NCBI GenBank assembly: GCA_951406725.2
Contig: OX597821.1
Location: 59,086,001-59,150,000, forward strand
Reading direction: 5' to 3'
DNA: 64,000 bases
DNA from: Octopus vulgaris
Lineage: Eukaryota
The notes under the pieces: generated by a model
Databases searched by the model: none
Told to the model about the DNA's origin: nothing
Seen by the model: the letters and a program-made list of their open reading frames with translations, nothing else
Made by a program: the position numbers and the translations under genes
Shown here: positions 1-12,932 of the stretch, piece after piece
Position numbering within the stretch: the first letter of the stretch is position 1
How the letters are laid out: each line of letters starts with the position of its first letter

Positions 1-194
1 CTCTGCTGCAAACATTGATGCCAAATTTTATAGTCTGGGAATACTACTTTCCTTCCTCTCACCCACCCCCATCATTCTCAGAGACCTTGAAACAAAAACC
101 CATGGGTATTGTCATTCTCTCCTGATTAAACAATATAAAATAAATCAGTTACAGGTTCAATCCCATTGCATAGCACCTTTGCTAAGTGTCTTCT

Positions 195-455
195 GTCAGT
201 ATATAAGAGTTCCCACAGACAGCCAGTCTTAAACTCCTCTGTGATGGCCTGCAGGACTACAATAAATAAGAGAGGACTGAGAACTGCACCTTGATGGATT
301 CCTACCTTCACACTAAATTCATTTGCTGATTCTCACTTTACTTGTGGCATCCTTATACACGGCTTGTACAACCCTCACAAGCCAGTCTTCGACACTTAGT
401 TTCCTCAGTGATGAGCAAATTTCTGAACATTGTACCTCGTCAAATGCTTTCTCTA
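195..455 (-). mobile_element. Degenerate RTE-clade LINE reverse-transcriptase fragment
   Basis: Minus ORFs 319..555 and 126..311 give EKAFD...LRKLSVEDWLVRVVQAVY and VGIHQGAVLSPLLFIVVL...WELLYTD. These correspond to non-LTR RT motifs KAFD, G-x-QG-xx-LSPLLF and YADD, interrupted by a stop or frameshift. Confidence 0.85.
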
Positions 456-800
456 CGGAAGTTGTACAAATGCTAGCATTGTGTGTGTGTGTGCACATGT
501 ATGTTTGTGTCATTTTAAAAGACATGTAGTTCATAAAAAAGATATAACACTGCAAAAGAATGAAGCTCAGGTAAACTTAACCATTTAGTATATATAAAGA
601 TGAATAAAATATATACGAGAAAAATTACTTAGAGCAATATAACTGACTGAAAAAGAAGAGAAATCTGTGGTGGCAGTGCTCCAGCATGGGGCATAGAAAC
701 CAGTAGAAGCATATCAGTTCATAAAGTAAATTCTCTACCAATATATTTTGAATTTCATTCTGTTCAATGTCCCCATAATCTTTCTCTTTTTTTTTTCCAG

Positions 801-904
801 TTGGGGTCAACGACGGCTTTTTCAGTGGAAAAAGATACTTTGAATGTCTAAAAGATTATGGTATGTTTGTCACCTTCAATGAGGTTGTTTGCTTGGTTAA
901 AAAG
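801..904 (+). CDS. Internal exon of a CAP-Gly domain-containing protein gene (gene starts upstream of the window)
   Basis: Strong acceptor (tttctctttttttttttccag|) and donor (AAG|gtaatt). The phase-1 entry reads xGVNDGFFSGKRYFECLKDYGMFVTFNEVVCLVKK, matching the C-terminal half of CAP-Gly (GKNDG...RYF.C....G.FV). Confidence 0.8.
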
Positions 905-1029
905 GTAATTTGTCACAAGGTGGCTGCTGCTGCTGTTATATTCTTCTTTCTTTTCACTGTTTTCTTTCATTTACTCATTGTTTTCACTCCTCTCCCTAAG
1001 TGCCTCTCATTTATGGACCCATTGTATAT

Positions 1030-1300
1030 CATCATCATCATTTAACAACAGTTTCCATGTTGGCATGGGTTGAACAGTGTGACAGGGCCTGGCAAGACCA
1101 GGAGCTGTGCCAGGTTTCATTGCCTGTTTTGGCATGGTCTCTACAGCTGAATGCTATTCCTCATGCCAACCACCTTACAAAGTTACCAGGTGCTTTTTAT
1201 GTGGTAACAGCACAGGTGCTCCTTATGTGGTACCAGCACAGTTGCTTTTTACATGGCACCAGCATAGCTGTTTTTTATGTGGCACAAGCTCACAAAACAA
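1030..1300 (-). mobile_element. RTE-LINE 3' tail-derived repeat with (ATC)n end and short internal tandem repeats
   Basis: catcatcatcatttaaca...ccatgttggcatgggttg...aggtgctttttatgtgg, followed by tandem gtgg(c/t)accagcaca units. Same family as 23000-23180, 25180-25480 and 29890-30090. Confidence 0.7.
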
Positions 1301-1404
1301 GGATCTCTCAGCTGAGAAAGTGAGAGGAGTGGGAGAAATTATAAAAACAGTTTGTCAATGATTCTCTGTTACACCTCTTCCAAATATGTAATACATTCCC
1401 AGAT

Positions 1405-1826
1405 GTGTGGCTGTGTGGTTGGGTAGTTTGTTTCCCACCATGTGATCTCAAGTTTAGTCCCACTGTGTGGCACCTTGGACAAGTGTCTTTTACTATAGCC
1501 TTGGACCAACCAAAGTTTTGAGTAAATTTGGTAGATGGAAACTGAAAGAAGCCTAATGTGTGTGTGTACTCTTGTCTTGGCATCTTGCAATGATTGTAAA
1601 CAACCATCACCATCATACAAGCGATGTCGCTTGTTTTCAGTCTCCTGTGAGAAACATGTCTGGCAATATTCTGCAAAAACATATCAGGCTATAGGGAAAT
1701 ATTACCTTGCTTGGAGACAGGTGACGATTGGCAACAGGAAGAGAATATGGCTGTAGAAAATCTACCTAAAAAAATTCCATTTCACTGATGCAAGCAAGCA
1801 TGAAAAGTGAACATTAAAATGATGAT
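1405..1826 (+). mobile_element. Composite SINE (tRNA-derived head plus RTE-like tail)
   Basis: Head gtggctgtgtggtt...agtcccactgtgtggcaccttggacaagtgtc is shared with the abundant SINE. Tail ggaaatattaccttgcttgg...cattaaaatgatgat recurs at about 48960-49300, 51165-51780 and 55955-56200. Confidence 0.7.
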
Positions 1827-2041
1827 CACACACACACACACAGCTACCTAAGTACCTAAAACACATATGTTCTTAAATTTCTTTATATTTAATGAAAATA
1901 CAGTTTGAAATAGTTTCATGGGTTCAATTACTATACCAATTACACTGATTCCCTCTGTAAAAATATCATTCTATCATTCTTCTTACTCTGCCATTGATTT
2001 CTCCATTTATTGTAAACTTAATGTTAATTTTTTGTTTTTAG

Positions 2042-2208
2042 GTTTCCAGTATTAAACAAGCTTTAGGTATGTCTGTTCCAAGCAAAGAAGCTTCTGAGCC
2101 CCTGTGCAATTCAGGCGCTGATATTTTGGACCAATTCTCGTGTAGAAAAACTAGAGTAAAAAATGACAGCAATGAGGTAGAGATTGAAGAGCAAGTAGCA
2201 CTTTTAAG
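2042..2208 (+). CDS. Next exon of the CAP-Gly protein gene
   Basis: Acceptor ttttgtttttag|, donor AG|gtaaga. Phase 0 entry matches the previous exon. Open frame VSSIKQALGMSVPSKEASEPLCNSGADILDQFSCRKTRVKNDSNEVEIEEQVALL(R/S). Confidence 0.7.
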
Positions 2209-3303
2209 GTAAGAATCAATAATCTGACATCATTACTAAGAAACTAAGTTTGTTTTAGAAAATATCAAAAGTGATTTTCAGGAACCAAAAAGAAAAACCA
2301 AATAGACGTATATGTTAATTAGTTTTACACTGTAAGGAAGAAACAAAGAAGAGTTGAGAATGTTAAGGCAATATTAACAGCATTAGCAGCATGGTGAATG
2401 CATGAATAGAAAACAGAAACTAATAAAAGGGAATGCTTTTCAGCCAAAAGCAGGTTTATCAGTCAAGGGAGACAATGAGTAATACAGTATTGAATGAGTA
2501 TGATGAAATGTTAAAGAAAGCAAAATAGGAGAGTTCTGTTTCTCAGCAGAGGAGAGCTTAGTCAAGGGAAATAATAAGTAAAAACTACGTGAATGGGTGA
2601 TAGTGTACATTTTTTTTATCAAGAATGTTCCTTATACATGTCGGTAGATGAATATGAAAGATAGCTTAGAGAGCAGAGCGCTCTATTATCTCCCTTGACT
2701 TAACCTCTCTTCTGCTGAGAGACATAATTTCTCTTTGTTTACCTTGCTATTATACACTCCCCACCTGCTTACCTTATTGTCCCTCTTAACTGATAAACTT
2801 TTTTGGCTACAAGACACCATCACCTCCTACCGCTTTCATCAATCGTTTAGTCAGTCACTTAGTGAATTATTCTGCAACATTATAACACACATCTGGCTTA
2901 ATCTGTAACATTACGACACACATTGCTTTCACAGAACTTGCTGACCAGTTTTTCTTGCCTGTCTCTTTCTGACTGTAAATTTATTGCCCTTTACTCGCCT
3001 TTTTTTTTTTTTTTTGGTGGTGGTGGTAGGGAGGGGTTCCTGAACAATATTTTGATATTTTGCTCAATGATGCTGATCTCATCTCCATATTATATAGAAT
3101 TTGAACTTTTAGAAGTTATCAGGATTAAAAATAAAAGTAATTATATGTTAGTTTAAGGATACTCCATAAAAGAAAAATCAGGAAATGAAAATTTCCTTTT
3201 TGTAGAAAATAAGACAAAATCCTGGCTGTTGTTAGTGACTCTCAAAGATAATTTACATAATGAGGGGAAAGTCTAGTCTCTTTTTTCTTTTTTTTACTTG
3301 CAG

Positions 3304-3370
3304 GATATCTATGAGCATGTTCCATTCTACTAAACCTTATCAGTTTATTCAAGCCTGCCTAATCAATTAG
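3304..3370 (+). CDS. Candidate terminal coding exon A of the CAP-Gly gene
   Basis: Long pyrimidine tract plus ttgcag| acceptor. Phase-2 continuation gives RISMSMFHSTKPYQFIQACLIN* (TAG at 3368-3370). Confidence 0.45.
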
Positions 3371-3990
3371 TAACAAAGATTATTCTGAGAAAAGGTTTTC
3401 TAAATGAGTTTCAGTCAGTTTGAATTGTGTAATTAAAAGATGTCGTTGTGAAATAATTAGGAGTTATTTCCCTTTACTCATTCTTTTTATTTTATAATTA
3501 TGCAAATTACACTGGCTAAAAATTATACTTATCCTTTTTTTCTGTGTAAAAATTTTTGCCTCAAATAGTTGAGGTTATAATTATGAGGCCATATAGACCA
3601 AAAGCATATCCATAGATTGTCCCTTGCTTACAAAGATCAGGCTTTTCCATAGCTTCTAGATTGAATTAGAGAAAGTAATTCTTGAAAATTATTTCCCTTC
3701 CTTTGATGGTCACTAAAAATAATTTCTATTAAAATATTTTTCACGTGACATTCAGTACGCTTTTTATGTATCTAAATTCATACCATTTCCCTTAAGTTAA
3801 GTTATATATATTGGTCAACATTTGAACAAAGAGTTTATCATTGTTCCTTCAAGTTAAGAATGGTTGAACCACAATAGATGTTTTGACTCTCTTTTCATAT
3901 ACATCCATTTTCCCTTTGCTATGTATCCAAACTTAATTTTTAAATAAATAAATAACTTTATAGATTCACTTCAACATTTAAATTTAATCT

Positions 3991-4038
3991 GTGTCAAAAT
4001 ATTTTCGTCGCTTTCAAACCGCGACCTGTTCACTGACA
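3991..4038 (-). ncRNA. Putative minimal type-I hammerhead ribozyme, G3/C8 core variant
   Basis: Minus strand reads TGTCA-GTGAACA-G-GTCGC-ggtttgaaa-GCGAC-GAA-AATATT-T-TGACA. This gives stem I, a core with C3-G8 swapped, a 5-bp stem II, GAAA, a palindromic stem III and a UH site. Confidence 0.55.
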
Positions 4039-4054
4039 AAATTTCCGTGCTGCA

Positions 4055-4103
4055 GTGTCAGTGAACAGGTCACGGTTTGAAAGCGACGAAAATATTTTGA
4101 CAC
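4055..4103 (+). ncRNA. Second, inverted copy of the minimal hammerhead variant (one stem II mismatch)
   Basis: GTGTCA-GTGAACA-G-GTCAC-ggtttgaaa-GCGAC-GAA-AATATT-T-TGACAC. Confidence 0.45.
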
Positions 4104-4475
4104 AAATTAAATTTAAATGTTGAAGTGAATCTAACAGGTTTTTTTTTGTATGTTTTTAAACGGCTTATAAATACCTTCCACGCTGCAATTCTTTTTGCTT
4201 CAGCACATGATCTTAGATCAAGTTACTTGCTATATCTTCTGTAAATAACTTTATATTTTTTTATTAATTGACAGAAGTAACAGAGTGACTCAAAAAGTGA
4301 GTTTTGTGCATTAGCTCATGTACCCTTGAGTCACTTTCTAACTTCTGCCAATTAATAATATATATACATATATATAAACTCTGTAATACATTCCTTGTGC
4401 ATGTCCTCTTGTTGTCTGCTATTGTTAATTTTTTTGTTCGCTTATTTGATTTGACTATGTATATATGTGTATAGT

Positions 4476-4676
4476 CCAAAAGTAGGTTTACAGTTATTCA
4501 ACTCTCTCTTTTGTAGTCATATATTAAGTTTAGATCTTTATTATAAAAAGATATGAAACCATTATTCTATGTTAATTTAGTTAATTTTAAGATAGAAATT
4601 TAAATGTAATAAAATGTTTTAAAAGAAATTTAAAGTGCCTATGTGATAACTGTAAACCTACTTTTGGGCCACCCTG
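4476..4676. mobile_element. Tc1/mariner-like MITE (left end truncated)
   Basis: Perfect 22-bp inverted repeat ccaaaagtaggtttacagttat (4476-4497) / ataactgtaaacctacttttgg (4646-4667). The right end continues gccaccctg, a CAGGGTGG-type terminus. Confidence 0.65.
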
Positions 4677-5014
4677 TGTGTATGTATACATATATATATA
4701 TATATAATTTTGTATGTAGCACAATTTTCAATTTTCAGATTTTTTAAAATATGCTAAGCCACTGGTTTTAATAGATTAATATCAATTTCTACCCTTATTT
4801 AATTTTAAATATATATACATATATATATACACTTGTGTTCTGAGTTCTGCTTTGCCTTTTTATATCGCCAAACATAATGTTATGGCCATTTATAAATTAT
4901 TAAATTTATTTCTTGTTTTCCTTTTCTATTTGTTTATGTTTGTTTTTTGTGTTGCATTTCGTTGTATTGGATTATAATATTAATGGTGTGTTTCGTTGTT
5001 GTTTATTTTCCCAG

Positions 5015-5033
5015 TGAAAGCATTCGCCTCTGA
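5015..5033 (+). CDS. Candidate alternative terminal exon B of the CAP-Gly gene
   Basis: Extended T/GT-rich tract ending tttcccag|. Phase-2 continuation gives SESIRL* and is followed by UTR-like sequence. Confidence 0.3.
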
Positions 5034-5764
5034 CACCAATTAAAGTACCTGACTCTCGGTACCATTTGTACATATGGATTGTCTTGGAGCAATTGTCTCC
5101 CCCCTCAATGAAGTGGCAGGCAGCAAGCTGAGAGGAAGTCACAGTCAAAACAGTTGAAACAGATTTTGTCAACTTTCAGATGTATTATATTTTGTCCTTG
5201 AATTTTTTTTTTTTTAATTCTTGAAAATTGTTTTGTCACAAATTTTGACTGTTACAATAATAAGCCTCCAGTTGTAGCTGCTTTTCTTTAATGCCATAAT
5301 GAGATCAGCATATTATACTGAAATAAGCTAAATCTGAAGAATTCCTTCTGGTTCAAACACATCTAATGTTTCCCCAGGTTTTGTTCTGCTGTTTTGTCAT
5401 GGAATGCTTTTGGAATTGACAGCATTTTAAATATCACAGTTGAGATGTATTAATCTGCGGATATGTTGTTACAGGCAGGCTTGCAGTATAATCTGAGACG
5501 TCTTTCAAGAACTGCACCACATATGCTGGTTGTCTGGGAGTTATATTTCTATGAAACTTACTGGAAATTCTTAATGTCTCTATGGTTTTGTGGTTAGCGT
5601 GTAACAGCCATTCAGCATTAATGTTTGTAAAGTTTCTAATCAACTTCATAACCTGATGTATTTAAATATGCTAAATATGTTTTATGGAACAATGTGTGAA
5701 CAGAATGTTAAATATTTGGCCTCTTCCATTATCAAGCTATAAAACAAACTTCTAAATTCCATCT

Positions 5765-6680
<916 letters not shown>

Positions 6681-9319
6681 CTAGTTGAGATTTAAAACTT
6701 CACAGCTCCATTATTCAAGTTTTATGAGAGGCTAAGAATGATCTTCAGCTAAATCAATCAAGTAACGAAGATGTGAAATTTTATATCCTAACCTGCATGC
6801 ACACAAACACACACACACAAATAATTTTGTACATACCTGACACTACAAATATTGACCACTCTCTACTTTGTGTAATACCATTTTAACTAAATTATATAAG
6901 TTTTTCTTGAAAGTGATTTGGGAATTCAGGCAATAATATATTCTTATATATAACGACCGATGTTTTAGAGTTTTTTTTTCCTTCCTCCTTGTATATTGAG
7001 GACCAGGTACTTCTTTTCTATTTGAGAATTCTCTAATCATCCTCTCATATTTAGGCTTTTCTTTTAAAATCTGTTTCAGAATTTCTATTTGGTATCACTT
7101 AGTGTTAGTAGGCTATGATTATTTTACTTCTTTCTGTGATTTAGACTTAGTACACAAACTTTACAACTTCTTCAAAGGTAATTCAGTGATTGCATGTTTA
7201 TTTTAACTTCCTTCTTGATATTGACAGAATCAGTATTAACAAAATATAAAAAAAAAAAAATATTCAAGTTGAGAGGAATGTAGTGTTGATGTACCAGTTA
7301 ACATTCAATATATCTTTGAAGATAAAGTGTTAGAATGAACTGGTTCAGTGAACAGACAGAGCGGACACTAACGCATATACTAGTGGCAATCTTTGAAAAT
7401 GTTATGAAACAGCTGCTATTATTAGCTGCATCTAATCAACAGCTTATAATTCAATAATTTACTATCTTACCAAATGCCTAACAGTCAATCAGCTTAGCTG
7501 TCTCATTAACATTGGGTCAAAAATATGTCCTATTTTGATTTTTAATTATTGATTATCAATTTTAAGATATTGCATTTTAAAGATTATCGTGATTTCATGA
7601 TTGAAAATCAAAATTCATCACTTGAAATGATGAATGATTAAGTTTAATTTTGTTTTAACAGCTTGATAATCAGTGGTAAGAGAGGTACAAAGGAAAGTGA
7701 TTGAATACAGACCTGTGTTTGTATCATAAATGCTTCATATTTGGGTCATCTATTAATGATGTTCTGGTGACATTGTATGTTTTTGGGCAAGTTATTTAAC
7801 TCTGTTTAGCAGAAAACGAGTATCTAGCCTGCCTGGGAAAAGTTAACCTATAATAGACTAAATATTAAGCAAGGGGAAGCTTTATCTTTCATCTACTTAA
7901 GGATATCCTGAATAATGGATAATCACCCATCCTTATGAACTGTTGGCTCAGTTGAAGAAAGGATGAACATTTAACCTCTTTGACAAATAATTTTACTGGC
8001 TTCATGAAAGGTATTTTCTTTTCAAATATTCAACTAATATTTCTATTTAAATTCTCATTTAATCTTTCCAAATGAAAGGAAAGGTGATTCAATGCTCAGA
8101 ATATTTCTGATTAATTTGTTGGTTGCTGTCTTCTTTTGTCTTCTCCAATCCAAATCCACCAAATTTGTTATTGTTATAATAATAACTAATAATTCTATTA
8201 TTACCATATGTTATAAACTATTCTTTCTGAAAAGTGCTTTCTGTGTCCTTTTCTGAACTCAGCACAAAATAACTATTGCTAGAAATATATCAGAAAAGAA
8301 TATTCAGAATTATTTCAGCTCCTAGAGTTTGCTAGAATTACATTCCTTCAAGTCTATTTATTTTTATCATTTTAGCCAGTGTTGCTGCTGTACAGATATT
8401 AACTTTAGTGATTCTAAATTACCCTCTTATAAATAATATTGAAATTACATTTACACTGGTCCCCCCACTCAGTTTAATAATCTATTAACTTCTGGCCTTT
8501 CTTTGTGTGGTGTTGGTGTCCTACTGTTCTTCATTTTACATTCAAAATCTGTCTGGCCAAAGGTAAGTTTTTGTTTCTTTCTCTCAAAACAATGGATGAT
8601 AATTAGGACCAGATTCTTAATTCTTTAATTATCCCCAGAACCAATTCCCTCCCCCACCTTTTTTTTTTTTTCACACTTTAAAAATTGTTTTTGATTCCGA
8701 CAAAGCACAAAATGTGTTGCTAAAATGAAATACTTAATAAAAATTCAATATGTATTTTTTTTTTTTTCAATGAAAACAGAGCAAGTATATTTCAGTATCA
8801 GATGTTATTGTATAAAAAAAAAACAAATGTCCTCTTATCGATCTGTGACGATAGTGACTTTCAATGGCTGTTAAACAGAAACAGCCAAGAAGTGACTTGA
8901 AACTTAAACCTTTTCTTCAAAAACGTCTCCAGCTAACTGGTCCGGTGACAACCCAGTCAAAGTGGAATATAGTTTGATTGACCTCATCAATTCAAACTAA
9001 TCTCTGTAATTCATCAATCATTGATTTCTTCTTTTTTTTTTGAGCCTTTTTTATTTTTTATTTACTTCCACAAGACTTTATTCATCTCTATTCATTTTCA
9101 AGATGTCTGTTTTGATTGGGTTATTATTTTCCATCCACTTGTTAATGTTGTTTGTCCATTGTGTGACCTGGTCAGACAGAATGGCTTTAACACTCTGTAG
9201 AGACTTTGCTGAGAGTAGCAGTCCCATCTTATTAAACTGTCAAATGTTGCTCTCTTACTAACAATAACTGTCATTCTTTCAATGGTCTGAGATATGTATG
9301 TCTACAACTGTGTGTGGTC

Positions 9320-9360
9320 TGTATGTATGTGTATGTTTGTGTGTGTGTGCACATATATAT

Positions 9361-9392
<32 letters not shown>

Positions 9393-9399
9393 GTATATG

Positions 9400-9452
<53 letters not shown>
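9320..9452. repeat. (TG)n/(TA)n microsatellite
   Basis: Dinucleotide run seen directly. Confidence 0.9.
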
Positions 9453-9455
<3 letters not shown>

Positions 9456-10123
9456 CTCATTCTCCCCTCCTCAGGTTTGTATAATAAAGTTTTCCAGCAA
9501 AGCAATGAATGCATCATTATTTTTTCTCTTTGAGTTCCTTGCCGTTTATTTAGAACAGTAAAGTTCCTAAATGCAACATCAACATTTCTATATCTTTCGT
9601 CTCGTTTGCTGTGCATTGCTGCCATTTTCCTTTGTTTTGTTTTTTTTCTTATAATATTTGAGTTGTAAACGGCTATCAACAACCAGGTGAAACACTGAAG
9701 GTAATCCCAAATTAAAGATGATGCAACTTAAAATTTGAACAAAAACAAAACTGGTTTTAACACAATTATATTATTAGATACAGCAAGTGTTTTCATAAAA
9801 TTAAATGTTCTTTTTCAATTTATGAAAAAAAAAAAACCCATCTTCCCAACAATCATAGAACCTACTACAAAGGAACGTCTCATGCTGCCTTAACTTGCTA
9901 GAAATAGCAATTGAAATCTCCTTCAAATCACACCCTACCATACTAGGGAAGGAAAGAACATAACTTTAATAGATAATATATTCCAACATACCACAGACAT
10001 GAGGCAATGCTTTTGATCATAAATCTATGCTGACCAGAAGTTAAATAGTGGACACAAAGCTTGCATCTCTTTTCTAATATTAGTCCCTGCTTCTTTGAAA
10101 TTGCCAGCTGTGTTAGGCTCTAT

Positions 10124-10338
10124 TTAACCTTTTTGTTACCATATTTGTTAAAATACACTACCATTGTGTTGATTAATTTTGATAATAGTGAAGAATTTCC
10201 TGAAATAACTTTGTCATTGTTAAGCTAGTGTTTGGAACATGAATATGAAATTTTGATGGAAGGTTTAAATTCAAAGAGGGAAAGTTTATTTAAGAAGATC
10301 AGGGATGGTCTCAGGAATGTTGGTATCAAAAGGGTTAA
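10124..10338. mobile_element. TTAA-flanked (piggyBac-like) MITE
   Basis: ttaa-cctttttgttacc ... ggtatcaaaaggg-ttaa. Homologous to 17687-17890 and 31056-31285. Confidence 0.7.
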
Positions 10339-10589
10339 ACTTATTTGATACTGTCATCTCTTACTCTTGTTACCTTCTTGCCTCACTTTTTCAGGCCTAA
10401 AATTACATCAGCATTTTATGTCTGCTTTTTCTATATTAGTATGTGATGGTCAATTTTTCTAAGGCAGTGTCTTATAGCTGAATGCTTTCCCTGCCACCAA
10501 TCCTTTGCCAAAATCCTTCTTTTACAACTCAGTCTCTGACCAGTTTCTTCTCCAACCATAAAAGTCCAGGCAGGATGTCAGACATAATG

Positions 10590-10780
10590 GTTTCAAATTT
10601 TAGCACAAGGGCAGCAATTTTAATGGAGTGATTAAGTTGATTTCATCAACCCAAGTGTTCAACTGGTACTTTATTTTATCAACCCCAAGGCAAGGTCCAC
10701 TTCAGTGAAATTTGAACTCAGGGTGTAAAGGGCTGAAAAAAATGGTACTAAGCATTATGTCTGGTGTGGTAATGATACTT
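10590..10780 (-). mobile_element. tRNA-derived SINE family B, degenerate
   Basis: gcacaagg...aactggtactttattttatc...aatttgaactcag...ctaagcat matches the reverse complement of 28536-28770. Confidence 0.65.
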
Positions 10781-10956
10781 CTATCCCATTATGTAATCAG
10801 AATTAATGACATCTAAAGGCCACCACTACTTCCTCTCCAGCTAAACGAAAAAGAAAAAAAAATGGCTTCACTGCTATATTGGAAGGGATTTTTCAGAACT
10901 CTTCAGGGGCAAGTTGATAAAAACATAACACAAACAAGAATTTTGCAGAAACAATT

Positions 10957-10962
10957 TTTATT
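10957..10962 (-). promoter_or_regulatory. Candidate poly(A) signal of the Sp gene (3'UTR about 1.9 kb)
   Basis: Minus strand AATAAA followed about 15-35 nt later by a GU/U-rich tract (ttcttgtttgtgttatgtttt). The interval 10960-12810 lacks the dispersed repeats seen elsewhere and looks like UTR. Confidence 0.45.
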
Positions 10963-12810
10963 TTGATGGTTGTGTTGGTGTCCAATGCAGGTATGTACAC
11001 TTTATACAATAAACCAGTTAGGAGGAGGAAAGGGAGGGAGAGAATAGAAACGTAATGACCACAGAGGCTTCAACAACTTTCATCAAACCTCTCAGCTGAT
11101 TACAAATGTAAGGTTGGGATCAAACAACTTCAGACTAAAGGGACATCCTATTCCCCACTTAATCCCTCGTTAATAATTCCTTCACTAAATGAATTTAATG
11201 CTGACTGAATTGCTGCTATCAGTTATGGGTGAAGCTTATACAAAAATACATATTTGCCTCAATGTGATTTACACAGTATTTATTTATATATATATGTGTG
11301 TATATATATATATCAGCCATGCTTTTTAGAGACAATCTCAACTTTGAAAGTAAAACATCTTGGCAGGGAGATCAAGCCCTGGCTCAATTTCATTCAGGCA
11401 TATTCTAAATTTGATTTCTGATGCTTTTGTTTATTCTAGTATTTTCATATAATTTAATAGCTAGCACAGTGATCCACTAGATTTCTGACATATGCCTGTT
11501 GGGTCATAAGCTCATAAACTTTATCAAAAACTTCATGTTCAACTCACCCAACCCACACTACCCCACCCCTGTTGTTTCCTCGTTTAAATCAAATTAATTG
11601 TAAATTAAATGCCGACCACATTCTGATAAGCTATGATGAAACTTATACAAAAATACATGTTTGTATTGGTGAGATACACACAGCACTCTTTCTAGAACAT
11701 TCCAAATCTCGAAAGTAAACTTCTTGGCAGGAAGATCAACTGTTACCAATCTCAGTACTAAATGGGAAAACACAGCTTTTAAAACCATAAGTAATTTCAA
11801 AATTAATTTAGTAATGCTACATTCTACCATGTATGATCCTGCAACTTTTAGGAATAGCATCAAAACAAAGTCAATAGCTGGCAGTGAGCTGAAATATTTG
11901 ATTCTGTACAACAACATGAGCTGAGGAGTTAAGTTTACATCAGAAAATAAATCTAGTTTTTTGGAGGTTTTCTTTTTTTTGTTCATTGAAACAACAGAAT
12001 CCATGAATGCATAACAGAAAAGATTACAATTCTTATATAATTTGTACCAATTTTATGTAGAATTGCTTTAAGACTGGCACAATAAACTACAAACACTTAA
12101 AGAATTTTGCTCACATTTAAATACAGCTTCCAAAGTTGTATGTCACAAGATAAGAGAATGAAGTTTAGTTGTCTTGAAAAGAAAGAAGAAAAAAAAAACA
12201 AGGAGGGAGGGGTGAATATTTTGAAACACTGACAAAAAGATTCATAACATATATTGAAGTGAATGAATAATAGCTGTCAGCAGACACAGCACACCAATAT
12301 AACAGATTTAATGTTGGGAGGGTTGCCTAAGGAGCATTTATAGTGGTTCAAGTGCTGACGTTATAGCAAATGGCATGGAGGCAGGACAATAGGAATCAAG
12401 GGACTAAACACACATTAAGACAACACACTTTGCCACTCTCCATTACACATATATTTATATATTAATATACAAATCTATATTCATATATATATATATATTT
12501 ATTTTTTTTTGTTTATTCAGTTTTCTTTCCCCATTTCAATAGCTTTGTCCATGGGATAAAAATAATTCCAATTAAAATATAGTGATTTTTTTTTTATGGA
12601 TTTTCTTTACTTTCAATTTTCTTTTTTAGTTTTTGTCTTTTTTTTTTCTTTGAGTGCTGGAATGAATTTTTAACTAAAAGAGAACATTACAGCTATACTC
12701 ACACCATTTATTTTGGGGAAGAAAAAAAAACGAGTGTAATAAGCTGCAGTTAAATTTCACTCTTGAATGATACATTGGGGAGGAGAAGGAGGAAGAGAGA
12801 ATAAAATTTA

Positions 12811-12932
12811 TCAACCTTGTCCAGGTAAAGATTGAGACACATCTACAACTGACGGAGATGATACACTAAAGTTAGATGGAGAGTCCTCATCCATAGTGAC
12901 TACACCACTGTTATCTGCCACACCTTCATCAT
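12811..12932 (-). CDS. Sp1-4: Sp1-4 class transcription factor, exon 7 (terminal)
   Basis: Acceptor ttttttgcag|. Phase 1 gives DDEGVADNSGVVTMDEDSPSNFSVSSPSVVDVSQSLPGQG*, with TGA at 12813-12811. Confidence 0.85.

Larger units (their letters stand above)
3963..4241. mobile_element. Short Penelope-like retroelement-derived insertion with a 14-bp TSD and an internal 78-bp inverted repeat
   Basis: Direct repeat TAAATAACTTTATA at 3949-3962 and 4242-4255. Inverted arms at 3961-4038 and 4056-4133 with 2 mismatches. The Penelope-like assignment is inferred from the hammerhead motif and the inverted arrangement. Confidence 0.65.

Noticed and set aside
7662-7675. Possible 14-nt plus-strand microexon (aacag|CTTGATAATCAGTG|gtaaga) and a donor-like site at about 8562
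   Set aside because: It is phase-compatible with the exon ending at 2208, but I found no convincing downstream coding exon. Such sites arise by chance in AT-rich DNA.
11594-12004. 136-aa minus-strand ORF
   Set aside because: It lies in the probable Sp 3'UTR, has no recognisable domain and has no splice support.
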